A DNA stretch of 64,000 nucleotides from Parcubacteria group bacterium LiPW_41 (GCA_007375535.1 VMEM01000004.1:22545-86544); one strand, 5' to 3'; positions 40,753 to 51,753 are shown, counted from the stretch's first letter. A program made the numbers and translations. Notes: generated from the sequence alone by a model not told the origin.

Positions 40753-42248
40753 TGAATTTACAAATAACTCAACAAATAAAATATTTTCTTGAGCGGTTGA
40801 GTTCGAAACCAAATGTTGGTGGCCTTTTAATAACTGATTCTGCGTTGCTACATCTTTCAATAGAAGCGGGGAAAGTGCGACCACTTACAATAAAACTTCC
40901 TTATGGAATTATTCGAGAGGGACGCGTACTTGATATACAAAAATTTAAAGAAGCATTAACTCAATTGCATGGAGCATTATCAAACGATCCAAAAGTGATT
41001 GTTCCACTTACTATTATTCTTCCTTCCGCGGGGGTATATACGCAAAGTTTTACTGTTCCAAATATTGGAATGGATAAATTGAAAGAGTCTGCGAATCTAA
41101 ACATACAGATGATTTCTCCGATGTCTCCAGAACATGCATATATGAGTTGGCAGGTAGCGCGTGAGACACAAGATCAATTTGAACTTTTGGGGGCGTTTGT
41201 TGATAGATCATTTGTTGATGTGATTCGACATGCATTTGAGGAGTCGAGATTTTCTCCTGTTGCATTTGAGTTTCCTTCACTTTCGCTTTCTCGACTTATC
41301 GCTCTTGCAAATATAACCGGAGAAAAACCAGCGCTTCTTGTTAGTATTTCTTCTGATGGAATGAATTTGTCTATTATAAAAAACAAATCGTTGTATTTTG
41401 ATTACTTTAAATCATGGGGTTCGATTCAAGGAGATAAAAAAGAAATTACAAAAGATTATTTTGAGTCTGTAGTTGCTGAAGAGTTTCAGCGTGTTATGAA
41501 TTTTTCAACAAGCAAGTTTCGTGAGGCACCAGAACGAGTATTTCTTGTTACTCCTGGATTTGAGGAGGGGATGCAAAAATTTGTGCAGACACGCTTTGGT
41601 CTTCCTACTGTACTTTTTTCTATACCTTCGTGGAATATTTCTCCTTCGTGGTATGCAGTAATTGGGGCGGCACTGCGAGAGAACGCTTCGTATAAGTTTG
41701 GAGATGCTATTAATTTTATGCCGGTTAATTCGGGAGATTTCTTTCTTCGAGAACAAACAATACGTTTTATCTATTTGTGGAGAGGTATTTCTGTTGCGGT
41801 GTTGGGAATTTTATTTATTTTCTTCGCGGGAAGCGCATATATTATCGGAAATGAACTTTCGAAAACAAGAAGTCATCTTGCGATATTCAGTGCAAATGTA
41901 CCAAAAGAAGAACTTGCCCGTCTTGAGGGAGATGTAAAAACATTTAATTTATTAGTAAAAAATATTGGTGCCGTTGAATCAACAAAAAAACAATGGCCAC
42001 TATTCTTTGAGAGAATTGAAAAACTTACAAAAGCAAATGGAATTGTTATTGATAAGTTAGAAGTAGGGAATGTAAACGATCCAATTTCTATGCTTGCACA
42101 CGGAGTAGACACTAATGCAATTGTTGATTTCAAAAATGTTCTTGCTAAAGAAAAGGGATTTTCTAGTGTTGATCTTCTCGTTTCTCAAATTGCGACGAGA
42201 GAGGATGGGTCTGTTGGTTTCCAAATATCATTCAAGTTTTCTCAATAA
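40752..42248 (+). CDS. PilM-like domain fused to a PilN-like domain
   Basis: GLLITD, GIIREG, actin-like region, AVIGAALR..INFMP, TM, C-terminal PilN-type ferredoxin-like domain. Confidence 0.7.
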   Translation: MNLQITQQIKYFLERLSSKPNVGGLLITDSALLHLSIEAGKVRPLTIKLPYGIIREGRVLDIQKFKEALTQLHGALSNDPKVIVPLTIILPSAGVYTQSFTVPNIGMDKLKESANLNIQMISPMSPEHAYMSWQVARETQDQFELLGAFVDRSFVDVIRHAFEESRFSPVAFEFPSLSLSRLIALANITGEKPALLVSISSDGMNLSIIKNKSLYFDYFKSWGSIQGDKKEITKDYFESVVAEEFQRVMNFSTSKFREAPERVFLVTPGFEEGMQKFVQTRFGLPTVLFSIPSWNISPSWYAVIGAALRENASYKFGDAINFMPVNSGDFFLREQTIRFIYLWRGISVAVLGILFIFFAGSAYIIGNELSKTRSHLAIFSANVPKEELARLEGDVKTFNLLVKNIGAVESTKKQWPLFFERIEKLTKANGIVIDKLEVGNVNDPISMLAHGVDTNAIVDFKNVLAKEKGFSSVDLLVSQIATREDGSVGFQISFKFSQ

Positions 42249-42271
42249 AAAATCCCCACACTGTGGGGATT

Positions 42272-42808
42272 TTATAATAGAAGAAATTTTTCTAGAGTAT
42301 TAGTACTCGATTTTAAAATTTCTTTTTCTTTCTCCTGTATTCGGGAAAGAACAAATGATTCTGCTTTTATTCTCTTTCCTTCAATTTTTTCTTCTTTTCG
42401 TATCCCTACACGAAATCTCCAAAACTCCTCAGTTCCCAATGTTTGTACAATTGATTTGATTCCGTTATGTCCTGCATCTCCTCTTCCGAAATGAAGTTTT
42501 GTTGTCCCCAGTGAAAGATCTGCATCGTCGTGGACGATGAGGAGTGACTGTGGTTGTAGTTTGAAATAGGTGAGTGCGTCTTGTATTGCTATTCCTGATT
42601 CATTCATAAATGTGTGTGGAACAATAAAAATAAATTGCCCCATCTTTGTGTATGAAAATGAGTGTTTTGGAGAGGAAAACGATTGTGCGCCAACAATTTC
42701 TTTCACTATTAATTGTCCTGCATTATGGAACGTGTCGTGATATTCTTCTCCAGGGTTTCCAAGTCCTGCAATGAGCGATATAGTGTGAGGGTTGAACTCT
42801 ATAGTCAT
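42272..42808 (-). CDS. pth: Peptidyl-tRNA hydrolase
   Basis: GLGNPG, HNAG, TFMNESG, HDD, GHNG. Confidence 0.92.
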   Translation of the reverse strand: MTIEFNPHTISLIAGLGNPGEEYHDTFHNAGQLIVKEIVGAQSFSSPKHSFSYTKMGQFIFIVPHTFMNESGIAIQDALTYFKLQPQSLLIVHDDADLSLGTTKLHFGRGDAGHNGIKSIVQTLGTEEFWRFRVGIRKEEKIEGKRIKAESFVLSRIQEKEKEILKSSTNTLEKFLLL

Positions 42809-42863
42809 CTTGAGTAAAATTATCGCATACTAAGAGTTAATTCGCTACATACCTACTATATAC

Positions 42864-43406
42864 ATGAGAAAATTTTTTTGGTCTTTATTTGAAGTCGTTG
42901 AAACAGTTGCGGTTGCGGTTATTGCTGTTATATTGGTGCGAACATTTATTGCTCAACCATTTTTAGTAAGTGGATCGAGTATGGAGCCGAATTTTAAAGA
43001 CGGAGATTATTTATTAGTTGATGAACTTGCATATCGATTTAGAGAGCCAGTACGAGGTGAGGTGGTTGTGTTTAAGTATCCGGGCGATCACAAGACGTAT
43101 TATATTAAACGAATTATTGGCCTTCCTGGTGAGCGAGTAGTCGTAAAGGGTGAATCGGTTGTAGTATATGGAGTAGATGGAGAAAAAATTGAGCTGAAGG
43201 AATCCTATATCAGGGAAATGAGTATACAAAAAGATGTTGATGAAAAACTCTCAGAGAACGAATTTTTTGTGATGGGTGATAACAGAGATTTTAGTTATGA
43301 TTCGCGTTCATGGGGGGCATTAACACGAGGAGATGTGACGGGGGTGGTAAAGTTGCGATTGTGGCCATTTAGTTCGGTGGACACATTTAAACCAGCAACA
43401 TATTAA
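42864..43406 (+). CDS. lepB: Signal peptidase I
   Basis: SGSSMEP, YIKRIIGLPG, MGDNR..SYDSR. Confidence 0.93.
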   Translation: MRKFFWSLFEVVETVAVAVIAVILVRTFIAQPFLVSGSSMEPNFKDGDYLLVDELAYRFREPVRGEVVVFKYPGDHKTYYIKRIIGLPGERVVVKGESVVVYGVDGEKIELKESYIREMSIQKDVDEKLSENEFFVMGDNRDFSYDSRSWGALTRGDVTGVVKLRLWPFSSVDTFKPATY

Positions 43407-43411
43407 TTTAT

Positions 43412-44698
43412 ATGCAAACAAAAAAACAAAAAACTACAAAATCATCACAGGATATTGTGAGTATTTCTGGAATGAAAGATGTTCATCCAAAAGATGGGGA
43501 GTGGTGGAGATCAATTCTTGATGCAGGACATTCAGTGGCAGATATTTTTGATTTTGCATACATTGAAACTCCAGTTGTTGAAAACGCTGACCTTTTTTTA
43601 AAAAGTGCGGGTACGGGAGCTGGAAAAGAACAAGCAGAAAAAAAACTATTTAGAATTGATACAAAAGAAGGGAAGTTAGCACTTCGTTCAGATCTTTCTG
43701 CTCCAGTACTTCGAAGTTATGTTGAGCATCGTCTTGGATATTTTTCTTCTCCACTTCGTGTGTTTCACTATGGTCCAGTATTTCGAAATGGAAAACTAAA
43801 GGACGGATGTGAGCGTGAGGTAAAACAATGGGGATTTGATATTGTGGGTGATAATGATGCGGTGTATGACGTTCAGGTGATGCTTGCGGCGATTGGAATG
43901 TTAAAACAATTACGATTTACTGAACTTAAAGTAAAAATAAACACGATGGGGTGTAAGGTTTGTAGAAATAATTATCGTGACAAACTCAAGGCATATTTGA
44001 AGAAACAAAAGTTGTGTGAGGATTGCAAAGAGACAGTCGATGTAAACCCAATGCATTGTTTCTTGTGTGAAGAAAATTCATGTAAGGCGTTGCGTGCTGA
44101 TGCTCCAATTATTCTTGATTTTCTTTGTCAGGGATGTAACAACCATTTTAAATCAGTACTCGAATTTGTTGAGGAAAACGGAATTTCATATGAACCCGAT
44201 CCTTATTTTGTGCGTGAAAAAGATTACTACAATCGCACTGTATTTGAAATTGTTTCAGGAAATGATCCACTCTCTCTTGCGGGTGGGGGACGATATGATT
44301 ATCTTGCTGAGTTATTATTTGGAAAAACCATTCATGGAGTTGGGGTAGCATTAAGTTTGCATCGAGTGATGGAGCGGATGAAATTTAAAGGACTTCATCC
44401 ACAAAAAAAAGAAAAACCAAAAGCGTTTTTCATTGCGGTGGGAGAGCAGGCTAAAAAAATGAGCGTGCGACTTATCAACGAACTTCGCAGTGCGGGCATT
44501 CCTGTTGCTGAAGAGTTGGGAAAGAAGACATTACGATTACAATTGAAGGCTGCAGAAAAAGAGGCGGGAGTTGCCCTTATTGTTGGGCAAAAAGAAGCAT
44601 TTGAAGGAACGGTCATGATTCGTAATATAAAAACAGGAGCGCAAGAAACGCTTATTGCTCAGAAACTACCTGAGCAGGTAAAGAAGTGGCTTAAGTAA
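43412..44698 (+). CDS. hisS: Histidyl-tRNA synthetase-like protein with degenerate motifs
   Basis: HisRS architecture (GMKD, ETP, DYY, GGGRYD, anticodon-binding domain) with several active-site motifs altered. Confidence 0.7.
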   Translation: MQTKKQKTTKSSQDIVSISGMKDVHPKDGEWWRSILDAGHSVADIFDFAYIETPVVENADLFLKSAGTGAGKEQAEKKLFRIDTKEGKLALRSDLSAPVLRSYVEHRLGYFSSPLRVFHYGPVFRNGKLKDGCEREVKQWGFDIVGDNDAVYDVQVMLAAIGMLKQLRFTELKVKINTMGCKVCRNNYRDKLKAYLKKQKLCEDCKETVDVNPMHCFLCEENSCKALRADAPIILDFLCQGCNNHFKSVLEFVEENGISYEPDPYFVREKDYYNRTVFEIVSGNDPLSLAGGGRYDYLAELLFGKTIHGVGVALSLHRVMERMKFKGLHPQKKEKPKAFFIAVGEQAKKMSVRLINELRSAGIPVAEELGKKTLRLQLKAAEKEAGVALIVGQKEAFEGTVMIRNIKTGAQETLIAQKLPEQVKKWLK

Positions 44699-44703
44699 TT
44701 ATT

Positions 44704-45123
44704 ATGGATTGTATTTTTTGTAAGATTGCAAAAAAAGAAATAGACGCGCATATAGTGTTTGAAGATGCATCAGTTGTTGCCTTTTTAGATATTCATCCTT
44801 TATCTCTTGGGCATACTGTGCTTGTACCCAAAACACACGTAGAAAATATCATTGAACTTCCAAGTGAATTGGTGAGCCCAGTATTTTCGGGTGTTCGTGG
44901 GGTTGCAAGCATGATAAAGACCTCTCTACATCCCGATGGATTTACCATTGGAATTAATCATGGAAAGTGGGCAGGACAGGATATGGATCATCTCCATATA
45001 CACATTATTCCCCGATGGAAGGATGACAAAGGAAAATCAATTCATAGTGTTGTTCAGAATCCACCAACAGAATCGTTGACAGAAACAAAAAATCGCATTA
45101 TAAATAACGAGCATGGCAATTGA
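44704..45123 (+). CDS. HIT family hydrolase
   Basis: CIFCKI, HLHIHIIPR. Confidence 0.92.
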   Translation: MDCIFCKIAKKEIDAHIVFEDASVVAFLDIHPLSLGHTVLVPKTHVENIIELPSELVSPVFSGVRGVASMIKTSLHPDGFTIGINHGKWAGQDMDHLHIHIIPRWKDDKGKSIHSVVQNPPTESLTETKNRIINNEHGN

Positions 45124-45328
45124 AGCAAGAAAAAGAGAAGGAGAGGCAGCAAACTCACTTATCTATCGGTTTAATCGAAAGGTACAGCAAAGCGGTTTGG
45201 TAAAAGAAACACGCAAGCGTACATTCACGACTAGAACTGCAAATAAAACTAAGCGACGTGCATCTGCACTTTACCGAATCGAGAAGCGATCTGAGATGGC
45301 AAAGGTAAAGAAGTACGGACACAAATAA
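45113..45328 (+). CDS. rpsU: 30S ribosomal protein S21
   Basis: Basic 71-aa protein, REGE..LIYRFNRKVQQSG; located before yqeY. Confidence 0.8.
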   Translation: MAIEARKREGEAANSLIYRFNRKVQQSGLVKETRKRTFTTRTANKTKRRASALYRIEKRSEMAKVKKYGHK

Positions 45329-45341
45329 TTTTTTTATTATT

Positions 45342-45800
45342 ATGCCGACGCAAGAGATAATTCATAAAGAGTATGCAGAGGCGTTGAAGGCAAGAAATAT
45401 GAGCGTTGTTGAGACGCTCAGATTACTTTTGGCTGCATTAAAAAATAGAGAGATTGAGAAAAAAGGAAAAACAGGAGATTCAGAACTTACCGAAGAAGAG
45501 GTTGTTGAGGTGGTAACTCGTGAAGTGAAAAAGCGACGTGAAGCGATTGAATTATATACAAAAGGAAACAGAAATGATCTTGTAGAAAAGGAACAAAAAG
45601 AACTTGTTATTATTGAGAAATTTCTTCCTCCACAAATGGATGAAGCAGAAGTAAGAATTATTGTTCAAAAACAAATAGAGGCGATGGGTAACCCACCAGC
45701 ATCAGACTTCGGAAAAGTGATGGGACCTATCATGAAAGACTTAAAAGGGAAGGTAGATGGAACGGTGGTAACAAAAATAATAAAAGAACTTTTAAAATAA
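45342..45800 (+). CDS. GatB/YqeY domain protein
   Basis: ALKAR..LRLL, KKRREAIE, FLPPQM, FGKVMG. Confidence 0.9.
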   Translation: MPTQEIIHKEYAEALKARNMSVVETLRLLLAALKNREIEKKGKTGDSELTEEEVVEVVTREVKKRREAIELYTKGNRNDLVEKEQKELVIIEKFLPPQMDEAEVRIIVQKQIEAMGNPPASDFGKVMGPIMKDLKGKVDGTVVTKIIKELLK

Positions 45801-45867
45801 AACTCTCGCATTAGCGGGAGCTTTGTTTTAATGCAGATCTCTTTTTTTTGAGGTACAATTGGATTAT

Positions 45868-46278
45868 ATGGAATTGGTGGAACTTTTTGTCTCAAAAAAA
45901 GAATATGTTGGATATGCTTCAGTTGCTCAAAACGCGTGCAAAAAAGTATTTAAGAAGCTAAAAAAAAGAGGAGCTATCGAGCTTCATCTTATTACTAATG
46001 GTGAGATGCGAACAATAAATAATGTAACCAGAGGAAAAAACAAAACAACCAACGTCTTGAGTTTTGAGGCCTTAGGATTTCCGCGTGCGGATAAAAAAAA
46101 CTATCTTGGGGAGGTATATTTGGCTCCTGATTTCATCAAAAAACAGAAACAGGATATTGAACTTCTTGCGGTCCACGGAACACTGCATTTGTTGGGATAC
46201 ACGCATGAAGAAAAACGTGATAGGATAGTAATGGAAAGAGTTGAAGACGAGATTCTTTCTTTTATTGTTAAGTCTTAA
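45868..46278 (+). CDS. ybeY: rRNA maturation endoribonuclease YbeY
   Basis: TNVLSF, LGEVYL, HGTLHLLGYTH. Confidence 0.9.
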   Translation: MELVELFVSKKEYVGYASVAQNACKKVFKKLKKRGAIELHLITNGEMRTINNVTRGKNKTTNVLSFEALGFPRADKKNYLGEVYLAPDFIKKQKQDIELLAVHGTLHLLGYTHEEKRDRIVMERVEDEILSFIVKS

Positions 46279-46334
46279 ATTCTTCGAATCACGAATATGT
46301 GCTGCGCAGAGTTTAGGATTTTTTATATCTACCA

Positions 46335-47561
46335 ATGGCAACAATTATTACAAGCTTAGATATTGGATCATCGCAAGTGAAGGGGGTTGTGGCAACTCCA
46401 AAAAAAGATGGAACACTTTCAGTGATTACTGCATTCAAACAACCATCCCAAGGATTTAAACGTGGGGTGCTTACTGATGTTGAAGATGCGGGGCAATGTT
46501 TGCGAAGTATCACACAAGATCTTGAACGTATTTCAAAAAATGCGACAAAGAATGTTTTTTTAAATTTTTCTAGTGAACAAGTGTGGTCAAGGATGTCGCG
46601 TGGTATTGTTGCTGTTGCTCGTGCTGATCAAGAGATCCAACAAGATGATGTTGATAGAGTAGTACAAGCATCTCGTGCAATTAAGTTAGCAAATAATAAA
46701 TTAGTTTTGCATAATGTGGTGAGAGAATTTTTTGTTGATGATGTTGGTGATATTGCAGATCCTTTAGGAATGACGGGAAATCGATTAGAAGTGAGCACGC
46801 TTATTGTTGAAGCGTTTGCTCCTCATGTAAATATTTTATTAAAAAATGCAGAGCGTGCAGGACTCACTGTGGGTGGAGTTATCTTTAATCCGCTTGCATC
46901 AGCACACGTATCGTTGTCAAAACGACAAAAAGATCTTGGCGTCTTACTTATTGATTTTGGATTTGGAACCACCACGATAGCGGTATATGAAGAAGGAAAA
47001 GTACTTCATACACGTTGTATTCCAATTGGTATGGGGTATGTTACTAATGATATTGCGATTGGGTTTACTACCTCAATTGCAATTGCCGAAAAATTGAAAA
47101 CAGGATATGGATATGCAATTGCACGCACGATACCAAAAAAAGAGGCAATCAATCTTTCAGACTTAGATCCTTCGGCACATGGAGAAATTTCAAAGAGATT
47201 CCTTTGTGAAATAATTGAGGCTCGTTTAGAACAAATAATTGATGTAGTAAGTAAGGACCTTGCAACACTCGGAAGGACGGTTCAGCTTCCTGGTGGAGTA
47301 GTAATAACGGGTGGAGGAGTGAAATTACCCGGTCTTACTGAATATATTCGCGAAAAACTTCGCCTTCCTACTCAAGTGGGATTCCCTGATCTTACTCCGT
47401 TTGAAATCACCACTCCGACGTATCACGATTTATTAGATGATCCTGAGTTTTCAAGTGCTCTTGGCTTGTTATTGTGGGGGGTAAGTCAAGAAAAGAAGGA
47501 GGTGTGGGGGTCGGAATTTTCTGACAAGGTAAAGTCATTTATGAAGAATTTAATTCCATAA
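46335..47561 (+). CDS. ftsA: Cell division protein FtsA
   Basis: LDIGSS, IDFGFGTT, AEKLK, VITGGG; upstream of ftsZ. Confidence 0.93.
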   Translation: MATIITSLDIGSSQVKGVVATPKKDGTLSVITAFKQPSQGFKRGVLTDVEDAGQCLRSITQDLERISKNATKNVFLNFSSEQVWSRMSRGIVAVARADQEIQQDDVDRVVQASRAIKLANNKLVLHNVVREFFVDDVGDIADPLGMTGNRLEVSTLIVEAFAPHVNILLKNAERAGLTVGGVIFNPLASAHVSLSKRQKDLGVLLIDFGFGTTTIAVYEEGKVLHTRCIPIGMGYVTNDIAIGFTTSIAIAEKLKTGYGYAIARTIPKKEAINLSDLDPSAHGEISKRFLCEIIEARLEQIIDVVSKDLATLGRTVQLPGGVVITGGGVKLPGLTEYIREKLRLPTQVGFPDLTPFEITTPTYHDLLDDPEFSSALGLLLWGVSQEKKEVWGSEFSDKVKSFMKNLIP

Positions 47562-47614
47562 AATTGTGTAGAAAGAGAGAGTGTGGTACTAATAAATAAT
47601 ACGAATTTTGAACA

Positions 47615-48832
47615 ATGAAGAAAAAAGCAACAAAATCAAAAGCATCAAAGGGAGTTGAGGAAAAAATTCCAAAAACACAAAAGACAGTAAAAAAGTCTTC
47701 TGTACAACCAGCGAAAATAAAAGTAATTGGTGTTGGAGGTGGGGGAGGAAATGCAATTTCTCGAATGATGGAATCTCCAGATCGTGTTCGTGGTGTTGAG
47801 TTCATTGCAGTAAATACTGATGCACAAGATCTTGATTTTGTTTCAGCACATCGCAAAGTTTATATTGGAAAGGCATTAACTCGTGGACTTGGTGCGGGAA
47901 TGAATCCAGAAGTTGGAAAGCAAGCAGCGGAGGAAAACCGTTCTGAGATTGGGGAGTTGATTGATGGAGCAGATATTGTTTTTGTGACTGCGGGTTTTGG
48001 TGGTGGAACAGGAACTGGTGCTGCGCCCGTAGTGGCAGAAGTTGCAAAAGAAAAAGGAATACTCACTATTGGAATTGTTACAAAACCGTTTATGTTTGAA
48101 GGTTCGCAGCGCACACAAATTGCACAAGAAGGAATAACTCGTTTGAAGGACAAAGTAGATGCATTAGTGGTAATTCCAAATGATAGAATTTTTAGTTTGA
48201 TAGACAAAGAAACTTCAATGGCGAAAGCGTTTGGATTTATTGATGAAGTTCTTAAAAATGGAGTTCAATCACTTGCTGAACTTATCAATACTCCTGGTCT
48301 TATTAACGTTGATTTTGCTGATGTTCGAGCAACACTTAAGGATGCAGGAACCACACTTATTGGTATTGGTTTGGGATCGGGAACCGAAAGAGCAAGCAAA
48401 GCGATACAATCAGCGCTCAATTCACCACTTCTTGAAATTTCAATTGATGGTGCGCGTAGTGTGTTATTCAGTATTGCGGGTGGGAAGGATATAAAAATGG
48501 CAGAGGTACATGAGATAGCAAGCGCGGTATCGTCTGGACTTGATGCAAATGCAAGAGTTATCTTTGGGTCTTATTATGATAGGAGCTTAAAGGATAAGAG
48601 TATTAAGGTTACTGTGATTGCTACTGGGTTTAATGGTGTCTTTTCGCAGAGAATGATAGCGCCAACTCTCTTTATGACCGAAGAAATTCCTAAAGTCTCA
48701 CACCACGAGAGTCAAAAACAGGAAGAAATAAAGGAAAAGCCAAAAACTTCTGAGGAAAAACAAAGAACTCAAGAAAGCGAGGGAGAAGAGGAGTGGGAAA
48801 TACCGGCATTTTTAAGAAAAAAGAAGAAATAA
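47615..48832 (+). CDS. ftsZ: Cell division protein FtsZ
   Basis: GVGGGGGNA, GGGTGTG, INVDFADV, C-terminal IPAFLR. Confidence 0.97.
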   Translation: MKKKATKSKASKGVEEKIPKTQKTVKKSSVQPAKIKVIGVGGGGGNAISRMMESPDRVRGVEFIAVNTDAQDLDFVSAHRKVYIGKALTRGLGAGMNPEVGKQAAEENRSEIGELIDGADIVFVTAGFGGGTGTGAAPVVAEVAKEKGILTIGIVTKPFMFEGSQRTQIAQEGITRLKDKVDALVVIPNDRIFSLIDKETSMAKAFGFIDEVLKNGVQSLAELINTPGLINVDFADVRATLKDAGTTLIGIGLGSGTERASKAIQSALNSPLLEISIDGARSVLFSIAGGKDIKMAEVHEIASAVSSGLDANARVIFGSYYDRSLKDKSIKVTVIATGFNGVFSQRMIAPTLFMTEEIPKVSHHESQKQEEIKEKPKTSEEKQRTQESEGEEEWEIPAFLRKKKK

Positions 48833-49023
48833 ACAAGAAAATCCTTGAAAAAATACATTTTCAAGGATTTTTTTAACAAAAAACACATCTTTTGATTTTT
48901 TGTGGGGAAAATAATAATTTAGATTACAATATCTCTAGACAAGGTGGACAGTTCGTCCAGTTCTTTATGTTGTTAGGGAGTTGTGAACATAGCGCATATT
49001 TATACCTGTGATAGAGTGAGTGC

Positions 49024-51753
49024 ATGGCAACAAAGAAACTGGAAAAAGGGATCGCAAAAACAAAAAATCAAATAACACTTCGTCGAGTATTTACAAAAGA
49101 AAACGTACATCCATTTGATGAAGTTCGTTGGGTTATTCGTGATGCAAGTGTTGCCTCTTTCAAACAGTCAAATGTTGAATTTCCAGAATTTTGGTCGCCA
49201 AACGCCGTAAATATTACTGTCTCAAAATATTTTCGTGGAAAACTTGGTTCGTCAGAAAGAGAAGAGAGTGCAAAACAAATGATAACGCGTGTTGCGAGAA
49301 CAATTCGCACATGGGGGGAAAAATTTGGTTATTTTATAAACGTAAAGCAGGCACAAATTTTTGAAGACGAGTTAACACACATTCTTTTAAATCAAAAAGG
49401 TTCTTTTAATAGTCCTGTTTGGTTCAATGTTGGAGCAAAAGAAAAACCACAATGTTCTGCATGTTTTATTCTTTCAGTAGAAGATGATATGCGTTCTATT
49501 TTAGATTGGATAAAAACTGAAGGATTAATTTTTAAAGGCGGTTCTGGTGCTGGAATAAATCTTTCTTCGCTTCGTTCGAAAAATGAGCCGCTTTCAAAAG
49601 GTGGTCACGCATCTGGTCCTGTTTCGTTTATGCGCGGCGCAGATTCTGTTGCGGGAATGATCAAGTCTGGTGGAACAACACGACGTGCTGCAAAAATGGT
49701 TGTGTTAAATATTGATCATCCAGATATTTTAGAATTTATTCATACAAAATCAGAAGAAGAGAAAAAAATTCACGCATTAATGGATGCTGGATTTAATATG
49801 GGAGATTTAAATGACGACGCATGGAATTCAATTCAGTATCAAAATGCAAATAATTCTGTTCGTATATCCGATGAATTTATGGATGCAGCGGAAAAAGATG
49901 GGGAGTGGCAAACAAAACATATTGTTTCAAAGCGTGTTGCTGAAACTTATCGTGCGCGTGATTTGTTAAATGAAATTGCAAAAGCTGCATGGGAATGTGG
50001 AGATCCTGGAGTACAATTTGATACAACAATTAATAAGTGGCACACTTGTCCAAATTCAGGAAAAATTAACGCATCAAATCCATGTTCTGAATATATGCAC
50101 GTTGATAATTCTGCGTGCAATCTTGCGTCAATAAATTTAATGAAATTTATGCGTCCCGATGGAACGTTTATGACAAAAGAGTTCAGACACACTGTTGATA
50201 CTTTTATTCTCGCCCAAGAAATTATTATTGATGCTTCAAGCTATCCTACCGATAAAATAGGTGAAAATACGCATAAAATGCGTCAGTTGGGGCTTGGATA
50301 CGCCAATCTTGGTGCACTCCTTATGACTAAGGGGATTCCATATGACTCTGAAGAGGGGCGTGCATGGGCTGGCGCAATTACATCACTTATGTCTGGAGAG
50401 GCGTATCGTTTTTCTTCGATTATTGCAAAAAGAATGGGAACATTTGAAGCGTACGAGTTAAATAAAGAACCAATGCTTCAGGTTATGAAGATGCATCAAA
50501 ATGCTTCTCGAAATGTTGATACAATGTATCTTGAAGATAAAAAACTTGGAAAAGAAGCACAGATTGTTTGGGATGAAGCATATGAATTGGGAGAAAAATC
50601 TGGGTATAGAAATGCCCAAGTGACCGTGCTTGCACCAACAGGAACAATTTCATTTATGATGGATTGTGATACCACTGGTGTTGAACCAGACTTTGCGATT
50701 GTAAAAATGAAGCAATTAGTTGGTGGTGGATGGATGAAAATTGTAAACTCGTGCGTTGAACCAGCGCTTACAAAACTTGGATACAACGAAACAGAGCGAA
50801 GTGAAATTCTTTCTTGGATTTCAAGCGAAGGAACAATTGAGGGTGCACCACACTTAAAGGATTCACATCTTCCTGTATTTGATTGTGCAGCACGTCCAGC
50901 AAAAGGAAGTCGTACTATTTCTTGGAAAGGACACGTAAAGATGGTTGCTGCTGTTCAGCCATTTATTTCTGGTGCAATTTCAAAAACATTTAATATGCCA
51001 AATGAAACAAGCGTTGATGAAATCGCTGAATCATATCTTATGGCATGGAAACTCGGAATTAAAGCATTCGCGGTATATCGTGATGGATCAAAAGCAACAC
51101 AACCACTTAATACTTCGGAGAAAAAAGAAAAAAAGAATCCACAAGGTCATTTTGAAGTTCCGCTAAGAAAAAAATTACCAATGACGAGAGTTTCAGAGAC
51201 GCATAAATTTTCTATTGCGGGGCATAGTGGTTACCTCACGTATGGAATGTTTGAGGACGGAACGCTTGCAGAAATTTTTATTCGTATGTCAAAGCAGGGA
51301 AGTACTCTTTCTGGATTACTTGATACCTTTGCAATTTCTGTTTCTATGGCGCTCCAATATGGTGTTCCGTTTAGAGAGTTTGCTCGAAAGTTTATTTATA
51401 CACGATTTGAGCCTGCTGGATTTACAGAAAATCCAAATATAAAAATTGCGACAAGTATTGCTGATTATATATTTAGATATCTTTCTCTTCGATTCCTTTC
51501 TGTTGATGATCTTTCTGAATTTGGAATGTCACCACTTGTAGAAGATGCGGAACACGTGAGCATCAAAGAGCTAAAATCGCCCGTTTCTGTAGCTGCGACA
51601 AAGCCAATAGAGGAGGAGGTACGAAGCTCTGGTTATAAAAAAGGACAGACTGCAGGAGATACTGTATGCAAAAAGTGCGGAGGAATGATGGTTCGCACAG
51701 GGACGTGTCAAACTTGTTTGCAGTGTGGAACCTCTTCGGGAGGGTGCTCATAA
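49024..51753 (+). CDS. nrdJ: Class II (adenosylcobalamin-dependent) ribonucleotide reductase with TSCPD domain
   Basis: QCSACF, SNPCSEY, CNLASIN, APTGTIS, YRDG, C-terminal zinc ribbon. Confidence 0.92.
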   Translation: MATKKLEKGIAKTKNQITLRRVFTKENVHPFDEVRWVIRDASVASFKQSNVEFPEFWSPNAVNITVSKYFRGKLGSSEREESAKQMITRVARTIRTWGEKFGYFINVKQAQIFEDELTHILLNQKGSFNSPVWFNVGAKEKPQCSACFILSVEDDMRSILDWIKTEGLIFKGGSGAGINLSSLRSKNEPLSKGGHASGPVSFMRGADSVAGMIKSGGTTRRAAKMVVLNIDHPDILEFIHTKSEEEKKIHALMDAGFNMGDLNDDAWNSIQYQNANNSVRISDEFMDAAEKDGEWQTKHIVSKRVAETYRARDLLNEIAKAAWECGDPGVQFDTTINKWHTCPNSGKINASNPCSEYMHVDNSACNLASINLMKFMRPDGTFMTKEFRHTVDTFILAQEIIIDASSYPTDKIGENTHKMRQLGLGYANLGALLMTKGIPYDSEEGRAWAGAITSLMSGEAYRFSSIIAKRMGTFEAYELNKEPMLQVMKMHQNASRNVDTMYLEDKKLGKEAQIVWDEAYELGEKSGYRNAQVTVLAPTGTISFMMDCDTTGVEPDFAIVKMKQLVGGGWMKIVNSCVEPALTKLGYNETERSEILSWISSEGTIEGAPHLKDSHLPVFDCAARPAKGSRTISWKGHVKMVAAVQPFISGAISKTFNMPNETSVDEIAESYLMAWKLGIKAFAVYRDGSKATQPLNTSEKKEKKNPQGHFEVPLRKKLPMTRVSETHKFSIAGHSGYLTYGMFEDGTLAEIFIRMSKQGSTLSGLLDTFAISVSMALQYGVPFREFARKFIYTRFEPAGFTENPNIKIATSIADYIFRYLSLRFLSVDDLSEFGMSPLVEDAEHVSIKELKSPVSVAATKPIEEEVRSSGYKKGQTAGDTVCKKCGGMMVRTGTCQTCLQCGTSSGGCS

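Noticed and set aside
48895-48945. NrdR box (ACAATATCTCTAG) and DnaA-like box upstream of nrdJ
   Set aside because: Only partial matches to consensus and no clear tandem second box.
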